This document shows positions 1-8,888 of a stretch of 32,000 bases of DNA, piece after piece. The DNA is from Thermodesulfobacteriales bacterium. GTDB taxonomy: Bacteria; Desulfobacterota; Thermodesulfobacteria; Thermodesulfobacteriales; Thermodesulfatatoraceae. The notes below the pieces were generated by a model that worked only from the letters and a program-made list of their open reading frames with translations, was not told the origin of the DNA and ran no database searches. The first letter of the stretch is position 1; every line of letters starts with the position of its first letter. Where the stretch lies: the NCBI GenBank assembly GCA_026988575.1, contig JALSKZ010000034.1, forward strand, positions 27,067 to 59,066. Direction: 5' to 3'. The translations under genes and the position numbers were made by a program.

Positions 1-2450
1 CGACCAATCATGCGTAACAAATGTTCAACCTCTTCTACTGGAATATTGGCAAGCCTGGCTACTAAGAGATCCCCTTTGGTAACCACATTAAAGTCATAGT
101 AGGAGAGAATTTTTTCGATTAAACGTATGCGACGCCCCCGTTTGGTAAGATCTGCTGCCCCGCCTATAAAACGAAAATAAATATGATTTTCTCTGACATT
201 TGGGGAACAATAAGTATCTAAAATGTTGAAGTGATAGCCAAACCGCAGGCTTAAGTTCAGATAATACGTAGAGATAACCGCTATGTTTTCTCCTATATAT
301 TTAGGGGTTAGATCAGGAGTTTTTATCATACTAGAAATGAAATCTTTAACGTGCATCTGAACAGCACTGGTCTGCCATACCCCAGGTTCAAGCATGCCTG
401 ATAATACGGCCTTAAAGGGTATGCTTTCTAAATCTTCAAAGGTAATATGGTCTTTGTTAGCGGCTTCGGCCTTAATGCCTCCTCCTAAGTCAATCACTAG
501 GATCCCTGTAGGAATAGGTAGATCCAGTTTTTTGGTGATATGCTTGTCAAGTAAGGTTTGTGGGTCTTTGCCTAGATTTACTAGCTCCTGGACGGCTTTT
601 TCGTGACAGAAACGCAACAGGTCGTGAAAACTTCGACACGATTCCGGGCGAAACTCTTTGACCAAGGGATCTACTAAGTGGAGGGGAGAGACCAAATGGA
701 TTATCTTGCGTAGTAGACGAAACTCTTTTGTTTCGGCCAAATCTAATTGGGAAGCGGCCTGGTATTTTAAGAGTTCTTCTACTTTGCCTCGATAAATCCG
801 GTTATCATCGGCGTCTACGGTAATCATTTCGCCAGGGGTGACCCTTTTGGTAATATCCCCCATACCCACAATGGCCGGTACGCGGAATTCGCGACAAAGG
901 GTAGCCATATGGCTAGTGGGAGATCCTATATCGGTGAGTATAGCTGCTGCTTTAGGCATGATACGTACAAAATGGGAGGAATCTCTAGGGGCTACCAATA
1001 CTGCTCCTTCTGGGAAATGGTCCAATTCGTTGAGATTTTGCAATACAAACACAGGGCCTGCGGCCACCCCTCCCTGGGCCACACGACCTTTTTTTTCCGC
1101 GATTATTTCGTATTTTTGTCTTATCGTTGGTAAGACGTCTATTTCTATAGATTTTCCCGGCAGCGATAAGGGTCTACTCTGCACTAGGTAGAGCCAGCCT
1201 TTGGCGTCGACTACCCATTCTATGTCTTGGGGGCGTTTGAAATAGCGCTCTAAAGAGAGTCCCATTTTGGCCAGGGCCCGGATTTCGTCATCGGTGAGGC
1301 AGGGCTTTTTACGGAGGTTCTGAGGCACTTCGGCTTCCATAATGCCTTTTGCCCCGGGTATGTAGCAATGGGTCTTTTCTACCACTTCTTTTTCTACAAT
1401 ATGATTAGGGTCTGTCCGAGAGACCACAAAGCGGTCCACAGGGAAACGACCTTCTACTACCGCTACCCCCAGGCCCCAATTAGCGGTAATAAGTATGGTA
1501 TCTAGATCGGGGTCCTGCGGATTAACCGTAAAGAGGACCCCGCTGGTACGGGCTTCTACTAGCTCCAGACACCCTGCGGCCATGGCCATATCTAGCAAAT
1601 GGGTGCCAAAACGGCGGGCGTAGCTGAGGGCTCGGGGGCCAAAAAGACTTGCTATTACCCTTTGGTAGGCCGTAACAAGGGCGTCAAACTCTGGAGGGAC
1701 GTTTACCACCGTCTCGAACTGGCCTGCGAAAGAAAGTTCTTGGTCTTCTTCTTGGGCACTAGAGCGTACCACCAAGGGGCGTTGCCCACATTTGTCACGG
1801 TACTTCGCCAAGGCCTCCTCTATGGCCTTGGTCAATTCAGGGCTGAGTTTGCCTGCTAAGATGCGCTTTTCTAGTTCTTTGCGTTGCTCCTCCCCAGAGG
1901 AATCTTCCCTCTCTAGAGATTCCTTAAGTCTCTCCACAAGCTCTTCTAGGGCGTTAAAACGCATATAGTCCCTAAAGGCCGTAGAGGTAAGCACAAAACC
2001 ATAGGGAATGGTAAGACCCAAGTGGCGTTTTATTTCGGCCAAGTGGGCCATTTTGCCCCCTACCAGGTCAATATCCTCTGGTCCTACTTCCTCTAAGGTG
2101 ACCACCAAGGGGCCAGGCTTTTCTTTGCCCTCCACCAGGGCCTGTAAATGCGCGTTTATTTGGTCATAAATCTGGTAGAGTTTTTCGTAACGGTTTTGGC
2201 AGAGGAGATTTAAATTGTGGATGGAACGAAATACGGCTTCGGAAAGCTCGTCGGTGACTTGGCGGATATAGGCCATATCAAATATATAGTCTCCACTTAA
2301 CTTTTCGCCCATATCCGCCATAATCTCCAAAGCACGGGTGTTGGCGTCTATTACATCTCGAAAACGGGCAAAAATAGTGCGTAGAGAACGTCTCTCTCTA
2401 CTTGCCTGCTTGGAGCGAAACAGTTTGTTTAGTTTTTCTAAGATACCCAT
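1..2450 (-). CDS. PEP-synthase-like dikinase (PPDK_N ATP-grasp half plus phospho-His swivel domain, atypical C-terminal region); 3' end runs off the window
   Basis: Absent from the ORF track because it is open at the window edge. The minus strand read from ATG 2450..2448 is uninterrupted to base 1 (about 816 codons): MGILEKLNKLFRSKQASRERR... It contains LVGGKMAHLAEIK and DIEWVVDAKGWLYLVQSRPL (nucleotide-binding half of the PEP synthase/PPDK family) and GSPTSHMATLCREFRVPAIVG (swivel His domain). The + strand ORFs 394..606, 838..1191, 909..1133, 1599..1859 and 2338..2538 are shadow ORFs of this gene. Confidence 0.8.
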   Translation of the reverse strand, partial: MGILEKLNKLFRSKQASRERRSLRTIFARFRDVIDANTRALEIMADMGEKLSGDYIFDMAYIRQVTDELSEAVFRSIHNLNLLCQNRYEKLYQIYDQINAHLQALVEGKEKPGPLVVTLEEVGPEDIDLVGGKMAHLAEIKRHLGLTIPYGFVLTSTAFRDYMRFNALEELVERLKESLEREDSSGEEQRKELEKRILAGKLSPELTKAIEEALAKYRDKCGQRPLVVRSSAQEEDQELSFAGQFETVVNVPPEFDALVTAYQRVIASLFGPRALSYARRFGTHLLDMAMAAGCLELVEARTSGVLFTVNPQDPDLDTILITANWGLGVAVVEGRFPVDRFVVSRTDPNHIVEKEVVEKTHCYIPGAKGIMEAEVPQNLRKKPCLTDDEIRALAKMGLSLERYFKRPQDIEWVVDAKGWLYLVQSRPLSLPGKSIEIDVLPTIRQKYEIIAEKKGRVAQGGVAAGPVFVLQNLNELDHFPEGAVLVAPRDSSHFVRIMPKAAAILTDIGSPTSHMATLCREFRVPAIVGMGDITKRVTPGEMITVDADDNRIYRGKVEELLKYQAASQLDLAETKEFRLLRKIIHLVSPLHLVDPLVKEFRPESCRSFHDLLRFCHEKAVQELVNLGKDPQTLLDKHITKKLDLPIPTGILVIDLGGGIKAEAANKDHITFEDLESIPFKAVLSGMLEPGVWQTSAVQMHVKDFISSMIKTPDLTPKYIGENIAVISTYYLNLSLRFGYHFNILDTYCSPNVRENHIYFRFIGGAADLTKRGRRIRLIEKILSYYDFNVVTKGDLLVARLANIPVEEVEHLLRMIG

Positions 2451-2463
2451 GGTAAAATTTTTG

Positions 2464-2480
2464 GGGGGGCTAAGCCCCCC
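2464..2480 (-). other. GC-only 7-bp hairpin (GGGGGGC-TAA-GCCCCCC) in the 35-nt spacer between two operon genes
   Basis: Perfect inverted repeat read directly at 2464..2470 and 2474..2480. On the coding (minus) strand it is followed by CAAAAAUUUUACC-AUG, not a U-tract, so it is not a classical terminator in that orientation. Confidence 0.5.
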
Positions 2481-2485
2481 TTCTT

Positions 2486-3253
2486 TTAGTGTTTACCCTT
2501 GCTTCCGAACACTAAACCCACTCCCACACCGGCTATGATAGCTATTACAATAGAAATAATGCCGTAAAGGGCGGGTTTTTCAAAGGCTAATTGGGTGATT
2601 TTCTTGAGCAACCCCACTTTTTCTACCCGAATGACCTTGGTGCAAGTACCTATAACCCGGTCATTCTGTATGGCGTACACAGTGGCCGTATACACTCCAG
2701 GTACCGCCTGATAGGGCCAATGCATGTCGAAAAGGTAACGAGACCCAGAACCTTCTTTTTCTACTTTAATTGCATTAAACTTTTCTCTATAAAGCTTTAA
2801 ATTTTCTTTAAACTTAATGAATTCTTTGATCCACTTTTCACGTTCGCTTTGCGGAACTCCTTCTACATGTACCTCGTGGAATAAGGCTGCATAACCGATA
2901 TCATATTGTTCCTGTTCTGACTTATCCAGGATCTCATCCAAGGGTTTGTTGGAAAAGACCATAAATACCTTGGGTACTGGTTCAAAGGTAATTTCACCTA
3001 CGTTCATCCAGAAAAGGCCTTTTACTTTACCCTTGCGGCGCAAGGTAAGTTTTTCTGCTTCGTCTTTTATGATGACCACGTAATCACAGACTTGGTCCGC
3101 ATGGCCAGATATCTTTAACTCTGCCCCGTTATAAAAGAAGTGTATGGGGATGTAGTTGGGACTTACTTCACAAGTGACCATAGCCAAGGCCTTAGGCCCC
3201 CAAAGGAGTAAAAATAATCCTATTATGCCTGCTAAAAGAGTTGTGTATCGCAT
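2486..3253 (-). CDS. Bitopic membrane/periplasmic protein, possibly TIGR02186 (Alph_Pro_TM) family
   Basis: 255 aa. N-terminal signal/anchor (LLAGIIGLFLLLWGPKALA), a soluble middle and a C-terminal TM helix (ALYGIISIVIAIIAGVGVGLVFG). ATG 3253 lies 1 nt after the TauE stop, with GGAGG 8 nt upstream. The family call rests on architecture and TauE adjacency recalled from memory. Confidence 0.55.
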   Translation of the reverse strand: MRYTTLLAGIIGLFLLLWGPKALAMVTCEVSPNYIPIHFFYNGAELKISGHADQVCDYVVIIKDEAEKLTLRRKGKVKGLFWMNVGEITFEPVPKVFMVFSNKPLDEILDKSEQEQYDIGYAALFHEVHVEGVPQSEREKWIKEFIKFKENLKLYREKFNAIKVEKEGSGSRYLFDMHWPYQAVPGVYTATVYAIQNDRVIGTCTKVIRVEKVGLLKKITQLAFEKPALYGIISIVIAIIAGVGVGLVFGSKGKH

Positions 3254-3254
3254 A

Positions 3255-4205
3255 TTAGTGTCCTCCTTTGTAGGAAAGTAATATGTGAGGTTGCATTACC
3301 AGACTGAGCAACATCTTTACGGTGACCGCCAGGACGATGATGGCCAGGAGAATTTTAAGCTGGTCACCCTTAAGGCGTCTGCCCAATATAGCGCCAATTT
3401 GAGCGCCAAAAGTAGAGCCCAATAAGAGGAGAATGGCCAGGATAAAATCCACGGTATGGTTGGCGTAGGCCTGTAAAAAGGTAACCTCTGTGCAGGTAAA
3501 CATGATTTGGAAAAGGCTTGTGCCCACCACCACGTGCATGGGCATGCGTAAGAGATAGAGCATCACGGGGACCATGAGAAAACCGCCACCTACACCCATG
3601 ATAGCGGCTAGAATACCCACTAACATGCCCAAGGCTATGGGGACGATTACCGAATGAGACACACCAGACTTTTCAAAATAGATTTGAAAAGGCAGGGCAC
3701 CGATTAGGGCCCGCTTTTTCCCAGGGTTGGCGTGCCCGGGGTTTGCTCCTACCTCTACGGCTACGGGATTACCTTGTTGGCTCTTGCTCTTTTTGAGGGC
3801 CATGAGACTTTCAATAAACATGAAGCCCCCTACAAGGCCGAGCATTATCACGTAGGTGATCTTGATAAGAAAGTTGGCATTACCCATGGCGCGCAGCACC
3901 TTGATGATATGGACTCCTAAGGCACCACCAGTGAATCCGCCAATGAGCAATAGGAGTCCCATCTTGAAATCCACATTACCAAGGCGCCAGTGGGCAATGG
4001 TGCCTGAAGATGAGGCCGCTACTATCTGGTTGGCGTCGGTGGCGGCGGCTACGGTTGGCGGAATGCCAATCATGATCAATAGAGGTGTCATTAAAAAACC
4101 TCCCCCTACACCAAAAAGACCCGAGAGTAACCCCACCATTAAACCTAGGCCTACAATTAGAAGAATGTTTACACTAGTTAAGGCAATGGGTAGGTAAAGA
4201 TGCAT
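3255..4205 (-). CDS. TauE/SafE (DUF81) family anion permease
   Basis: 316 aa polytopic protein with the two-fold internal repeat typical of DUF81 (GVGGGFLMTPLL near the N-terminus and GVGGGFLMVPVM in the second half). GGAGG lies 6 nt upstream of ATG 4205. Confidence 0.8.
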   Translation of the reverse strand: MHLYLPIALTSVNILLIVGLGLMVGLLSGLFGVGGGFLMTPLLIMIGIPPTVAAATDANQIVAASSSGTIAHWRLGNVDFKMGLLLLIGGFTGGALGVHIIKVLRAMGNANFLIKITYVIMLGLVGGFMFIESLMALKKSKSQQGNPVAVEVGANPGHANPGKKRALIGALPFQIYFEKSGVSHSVIVPIALGMLVGILAAIMGVGGGFLMVPVMLYLLRMPMHVVVGTSLFQIMFTCTEVTFLQAYANHTVDFILAILLLLGSTFGAQIGAILGRRLKGDQLKILLAIIVLAVTVKMLLSLVMQPHILLSYKGGH

Positions 4206-4223
4206 AACAAACCTCCTGAATTT

Positions 4224-4673
4224 TTATTCTTCAAAAAATCTTTCTATGTCTCCTAAAGAAACTTTGTCTCGAGGTTGTGAGACAATCAGGGATTGCAGGT
4301 GCGGATAGGACCAATCAGCCTCATACAATAGTTTGGTTTCTATTTTGGACAGCCAGTTTTCAATAGCCCGTGCTTCCTCTTGATCGCGTACAGCAACTAC
4401 AACTTGAGGGGTATTCTTGCGCTTGAGCAAATCTATGAGGGCACTTTCCAGGTTTTGCTCTTCGGTCAGGTAGATCTTTAACTCTATTCCCTCGGTTTCC
4501 GCCTTGCTTCGCAACTTAGCAAATAGCTTGCTTACCTCTGGAGAAGGATCCCCGTCAAAGTCTAGAAGGGCGTATACGTTTCCCGCTTCACGTTTGGCCA
4601 ATTGTAAGGCGCAAAAGCCACCCCATAGGATCAGCGAAGGCTCTAACAATACTAGGACTATGTCTTTGACCAT
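4224..4673 (-). CDS. Hypothetical 149-aa protein, possibly USP-like alpha/beta fold; first gene of the operon
   Basis: I prefer the internal ATG at 4673 (MVKDIVLVLLEP...), which has GGAGGA about 11 nt upstream, over the track's GTG at 4838. The strand/helix alternation resembles universal stress protein folds, but I recognise no diagnostic motif. Confidence 0.45.
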   Translation of the reverse strand: MVKDIVLVLLEPSLILWGGFCALQLAKREAGNVYALLDFDGDPSPEVSKLFAKLRSKAETEGIELKIYLTEEQNLESALIDLLKRKNTPQVVVAVRDQEEARAIENWLSKIETKLLYEADWSYPHLQSLIVSQPRDKVSLGDIERFFEE

Positions 4674-4838
4674 GGACTCCGTGCTCCTCCACTGGATTAT
4701 TAAGTTTTGGTTAAACTGGTATAGCAATAAGTATTCCTGATATTTTTCTACGATAAAATCGAATGTTATCTCAAAGAGGAAATTTAAAACAGAACCGTGT
4801 TTAGAAATGAAACCAAAGTATTTCTTGAAGGGGGCCAC

Positions 4839-4857
4839 GTGTGTTCCAAAATGAAAA
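4839..4857 (+). repeat. Direct repeat copy 1 (GTGTGTTCCAAAATGAAAA)
   Basis: Matches 4991..5009 at 18 of 19 positions. Both copies lie in the divergent intergenic region 4674..5046. Confidence 0.7.
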
Positions 4858-4990
4858 TCGTCTTAGTCCGTTGACATGTAAGTGAAAAATAAAAATTTAA
4901 GTCCAAAAGGGTCCTGGTCGAAAATCCACAAGTAGCAGGCCTTTTAAAAAAGAATTTTTTGTCACTTAAAATGATGCTCTCAAAGGCGGG

Positions 4991-5009
4991 GTGTGTTCAA
5001 AAATGAAAA
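4991..5009 (+). repeat. Direct repeat copy 2 (GTGTGTTCAAAAATGAAAA), just upstream of the fetA-like RBS
   Basis: See copy 1. The spacing is 152 bp. Flanking AAGG-GGG similarity extends the alignment to about 30 nt with a 3-nt indel. Confidence 0.7.
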
Positions 5010-5046
5010 AACATCCCCAAGGAGGTATTATGGTATATTAAAAGGC

Positions 5047-5700
5047 ATGCTTCTTAAATGTGGTCCTTTAGCGGCCTGTAAAGGCGGAAATATCCTTTAC
5101 CATAATGTTTCTTTGACCCTCTTTCCTGGTGATTTAGTCCTTCTCACAGGCCCCTCAGGGGCTGGAAAGACCACCCTGTTGCGACAGATTATTGGGCTTG
5201 ATCCCTCTCCCACAACAAAGCGGTTCTTTGACGGCAGATATTATCGCTATCCTGAAGATATGCCAGAATTCAGGCGTCGTTGTCTACTTTTAGCCGCTAA
5301 CGCCCCCATGATTTCCGGTACAATAGAAGAAAATTTAAAATTTCCCTTTTCGTTTGGTTGGGCTCAAGATAGCTTTAAGGTCTCCAGGGCTCAGAGCTTT
5401 TTGAGAGAATTGGGGCTCTCCCATCTAGATTTATCCCGCCCGGTAAGTGATCTTTCCCTGGGAGAGCGTCATCGTTTGGCCTTAGTGCGGGCCTTGCTTT
5501 GGGAACCCACGATATTATTGGCCGATGAACCTTTCACCGGACTCGATGAGGAAAACATAAAACGGGTCTGGCATCTGTTTGAACAACAGTTTAGACAGGG
5601 GAAAAAGGCGCTGCTTGTGGTTTCTCACCAAAGGCCCCCTGGTTTCTTTACCCGGCACTTATATTTAGAGGGTGGCACGTTAAAGGAGATGGTATCTTGA
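5047..5700 (+). CDS. fetA: ABC transporter ATP-binding protein, FetA/YbbL-like
   Basis: Walker A GPSGAGKTTLL, signature LSLGERHRL, Walker B LLADEPFTGLD. It is coupled to a UPF0014 permease. The start is uncertain: ATG 5047 (MLLKCGPL...) fits the family N-terminus, while the track uses GTG 4993. AGGAGG lies at 5020..5025. Confidence 0.75.
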   Translation: MLLKCGPLAACKGGNILYHNVSLTLFPGDLVLLTGPSGAGKTTLLRQIIGLDPSPTTKRFFDGRYYRYPEDMPEFRRRCLLLAANAPMISGTIEENLKFPFSFGWAQDSFKVSRAQSFLRELGLSHLDLSRPVSDLSLGERHRLALVRALLWEPTILLADEPFTGLDEENIKRVWHLFEQQFRQGKKALLVVSHQRPPGFFTRHLYLEGGTLKEMVS

Positions 5701-6488
5701 AGGCCTATATAGTCTTGACTCCTTTTGATCTGTTCCTTTCTTCGTTCCTAGTCCTTCTGGCCGGTTTTTTTTCGGTAGTTTTGCGTTTGGGAGTAGAAAA
5801 AAGGCTCTTGGTGGCGGCCCTGCGTACCGTAGTTCAACTATCCTTATTAGGGTTGGTTTTAGAGAAGGTCTTTGCCACCCACGCTCCCTTTTTGGTGATT
5901 TTTATCTTGGTCTTGATGACGGTGGTGGCTGGTCGGGAAGCGGTCTCTCGTACCAAATATCGTTATATAAACATGTTTTTGGATACGGTGTTTGTAATGG
6001 GGGTCACGGCTTTTGTTGTGGGAACCGTGGTGACTCAGGTGGTTCTTAAGGTAAAACCCTGGTATCAACCCCAATATGTTATACCTATCGTGGGTATGAT
6101 CTTGGGTAATTCCCTAAACGGGCTCTCTTTGGCCCTTGATGCCTTTTTAGATTATCTGGTTACGCGTAAAGACGAAATAGAGCTTTATTTATCCTTTGGC
6201 GCCACCAGGTTTGAGGCCCTGCAGCTCCCTTTGCGCTATGCTGTGCGCCGGGGGCTTATTCCCATAATAAACGCCATGTCTATCGTGGGCGTGGTTTCGC
6301 TGCCGGGTATAATGACCGGGCAAATCTTGGCCGGAATTCCTCCTGCTCACGCGGTGGCCTACCAGATACTGATTATGTTTATGTTGGCCGGGGCCTATGC
6401 CTTGGGTACTGTCCTGGTAACCTTGTGTGCAGGGTGGAAACTACTAGACCAAGGCGTGCGCTTGGCCACGGAAAAAATTAAGACCTGA
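5697..6488 (+). CDS. fetB: UPF0014 family ABC permease, FetB/YbbM-like (putative iron export)
   Basis: 263 aa polytopic protein. The segment GVEKRLLVAALRTVVQLSLLGLVLEKVF resembles the YbbM/FetB N-terminal signature as I recall it. The TTG start overlaps the fetA stop (TTGA), with GGAG 8 nt upstream. Confidence 0.7.
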   Translation: MKAYIVLTPFDLFLSSFLVLLAGFFSVVLRLGVEKRLLVAALRTVVQLSLLGLVLEKVFATHAPFLVIFILVLMTVVAGREAVSRTKYRYINMFLDTVFVMGVTAFVVGTVVTQVVLKVKPWYQPQYVIPIVGMILGNSLNGLSLALDAFLDYLVTRKDEIELYLSFGATRFEALQLPLRYAVRRGLIPIINAMSIVGVVSLPGIMTGQILAGIPPAHAVAYQILIMFMLAGAYALGTVLVTLCAGWKLLDQGVRLATEKIKT

Positions 6489-6533
6489 AGTAAAAATTTT
6501 AAAGTATTTCTCCCTAAGCCCCGAAGTTTTTGG

Positions 6534-8888
6534 GTGGGCGTGGAAAGATATGGGAGAGACATCATTGAAGGGAGCCCTCTTCAGCAAAGTGCCTTGGCCG
6601 CTTTGGGTGGTCTTCTTTGGGCTTGGGAGGGGGAAGAGCTCCTCTTTTGGTCATTGTTTCTTTTTTCTGTGGTCTGGGCCTTTAAAAAAAGGAATTTTTT
6701 GTTCCCCACCATCTTTTTTATAGCCTTTAGTTACGGAACTCTTCGCTTTGCCGATCCTCCAGTGCTTGACCAACTACCTTTGGGGAAGAGGGTGCGGTTT
6801 GAGGCCGTGGTGGTTAAGCCGCCCCTTAATTTCCAGGGCTATAGTCGGGTAGAAGTAGAGATAAGGGAATTTTTGAGGCCCAAACAAAAAGTAGGGTTAA
6901 GGGCCCGAATGTATGCTGCTTCTGATCTTTCTTTAAAGGTCGGGGACGTATTTGAGGCCTCGGGGGTATGGAAGCGTCCTCGCGGTTTCTGGACCCCTTT
7001 TGCGTACGATATCCAAAAGGCCTTGAAGGCCAGGGGCATCTACTTGGTGGGTTATATGTCCAGAAGGGGGCCTCCTAAGGTCACCCGTCAGGAAAAAGGT
7101 CTTTATATTCAACGTTTACGGGCCCATCTGTTTGGTTTTGCCCAGGGCCTTCACCCGCAGGCAAGGGCCCTTTTTGAGGCCTTGGTTCTAGGAGAGAAAG
7201 CGGCCTTTGCCCCCCAATGGCGTATTTTGTTTCGCGACTTGGGCCTGGCCCATCTTTTGGCCGTTTCTGGTCTTCACTTGGCTTTATTGGCCACCTTGGT
7301 CTTTTATTCCTTGCGTCTGTTCTTGAGGTTTTTCCCCTCTTTACTCCTGATTTATCCGGCTCCTACCTGGGGGCTTGGGGCCAGCGTGGTTATTGCTGGT
7401 CTTTACGTTTGTCTCTCTGGTCCTAGCCCGTCGGCCCTCAGGGCTTATGTGATGCTACTGGTCTTTGTTGTGGCTCATGTAGGACGCCGGGAGTCTCGAA
7501 GCCTTGATAACCTTTCTTTGGCGGTACTCTTAATATTATTTTTCTGGCCGCAGGCCGTAGGTGCTCTGTCCTTTCGGCTCTCTGTGTTGGCGGTAGGGGG
7601 ATTAATCCTGGCCAGACGACTGGAACCCTTATTCCTGAAAAGTTCCCTTTGGTTAAAGCCTTTTAGGCTCTTTTATTATTCTTCGGCGGCCCTTTTATTT
7701 ACAGCACCTGTTCTTTTGGTGACTTTCGGTTCCCTTGCTTTACTGGCTCCTTTAAACAATGTAGTGGCTATTCCCCTTTTTTCTTGTGGTATTCTGCCTC
7801 TAGAATTGCTGTCTGCTTTAGGGGCCTTTTTCTTCCCGGTGGGGGCCCAAAAGCTGGCCAATATGGCGCCCAAGTTGCTTCTCCCCCTGGAGTACCTTAA
7901 GGGAATCGTATTTAGCCCTCCGATACCGGTGGGCCTTTTCTTAGGGGCGAGCTTTCCGCTCCTGTTTGCCCTCTTTGATAGCAAAAGGCGCTGGTTTTGG
8001 TTTGTTTTGACCCTATTTTTAGAGATAGGTCTTTATATTCTGTATAAGCCCCTTTGTTTTGTTTCCCTTTTAGATGTTGGTCAGGGCAGTGCCGCGGTGG
8101 CCAAGCTGGGCCAAGAAGTCTTTCTCTTTGATGCCGGTCCCAAGAGGGGACGCTTCGATACAGGGGCCTTTGTGGTAGCTCCCTTTTTGCGTAAACTCGG
8201 TCTAACCCATATTTCTGTAGCGGTCATTTCTCATCCCCAGGCAGATCACGTGGGGGGACTTTGGGGATTATCTCATCAAGTACCTGTTGGAGAAGTTTGG
8301 ACTTCTTCCTTTGAAAAAGAGGGGCTTTATTTGAGGCTTTTAAGAGATTTTTTCCCTGGGGTCAGGGCCATTTTGAGCCCGCAGGAGTTTCACCGAGGTC
8401 ATTTTATACTTTCTCTCTGGCCGGGCAGGAGAGAAAGTCCCTTGTCCCAAGCAAACCGCGAGGCCCTGGTTGCGCGGTTGTGTCTAAAGGGTCTGTGTAT
8501 ACTCTTTCCCGGCGATATAGATGTCAGGAGAGAAAGACGTCTGCTGGCCACTAAGGTCTCCCTATCCTCACCCATTATTATTTTGCCTCATCATGGTTCA
8601 GCTAGTTCGAATTCTAGGACCTTTCTTAAGGCGGTAAACCCTATACTGGCTTTGTGTTCTGCCCGTTCGCGATATCATCCCAGTAAACTGGTCCTAAGGC
8701 GTCTCCAAGAATTACACATCCCCTTTTATTGTACCGACCGATACGGCACCCTCACTCTCCTGTTTAGAGGGGAAAAGGTCTTTTTCTGTACCGAAATTAA
8801 ACGAAGGACCTATCCTTTACCGTGGAGGGCCCTTTGGCCTTTGGTCCCTGTGGGGTGTAGAGAAATTTATACATCTACTACACATTGA
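6534..8888 (+). CDS. comEC: DNA internalization competence protein ComEC/Rec2
   Basis: 784 aa. Multi-TM competence domain followed by a C-terminal metallo-beta-lactamase fold (LLDVGQGSAAV..., SHPQADHVGG, ILPHHGS). GTG start; the exact start is uncertain. Confidence 0.85.
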   Translation: MGVERYGRDIIEGSPLQQSALAALGGLLWAWEGEELLFWSLFLFSVVWAFKKRNFLFPTIFFIAFSYGTLRFADPPVLDQLPLGKRVRFEAVVVKPPLNFQGYSRVEVEIREFLRPKQKVGLRARMYAASDLSLKVGDVFEASGVWKRPRGFWTPFAYDIQKALKARGIYLVGYMSRRGPPKVTRQEKGLYIQRLRAHLFGFAQGLHPQARALFEALVLGEKAAFAPQWRILFRDLGLAHLLAVSGLHLALLATLVFYSLRLFLRFFPSLLLIYPAPTWGLGASVVIAGLYVCLSGPSPSALRAYVMLLVFVVAHVGRRESRSLDNLSLAVLLILFFWPQAVGALSFRLSVLAVGGLILARRLEPLFLKSSLWLKPFRLFYYSSAALLFTAPVLLVTFGSLALLAPLNNVVAIPLFSCGILPLELLSALGAFFFPVGAQKLANMAPKLLLPLEYLKGIVFSPPIPVGLFLGASFPLLFALFDSKRRWFWFVLTLFLEIGLYILYKPLCFVSLLDVGQGSAAVAKLGQEVFLFDAGPKRGRFDTGAFVVAPFLRKLGLTHISVAVISHPQADHVGGLWGLSHQVPVGEVWTSSFEKEGLYLRLLRDFFPGVRAILSPQEFHRGHFILSLWPGRRESPLSQANREALVARLCLKGLCILFPGDIDVRRERRLLATKVSLSSPIIILPHHGSASSNSRTFLKAVNPILALCSARSRYHPSKLVLRRLQELHIPFYCTDRYGTLTLLFRGEKVFFCTEIKRRTYPLPWRALWPLVPVGCREIYTSTTH

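Noticed and set aside
4674-4838. Upstream extension (GTG start) of ORF 4224..4838
   Set aside because: There is no SD at 4838, and the extension covers direct repeat copy 1. The internal ATG 4673 has GGAGGA upstream. This remains uncertain.
4860-4950. Possible yybP-ykoY (Mn) riboswitch or SRP-RNA-like element in the fetAB leader (UUGACAU, AGUAGCAGGCC)
   Set aside because: Only short fragments resemble those RNAs. The conserved GGGGAGUAG element and four-helix layout of yybP-ykoY are absent, as is the GGAA-tetraloop domain IV of SRP RNA.
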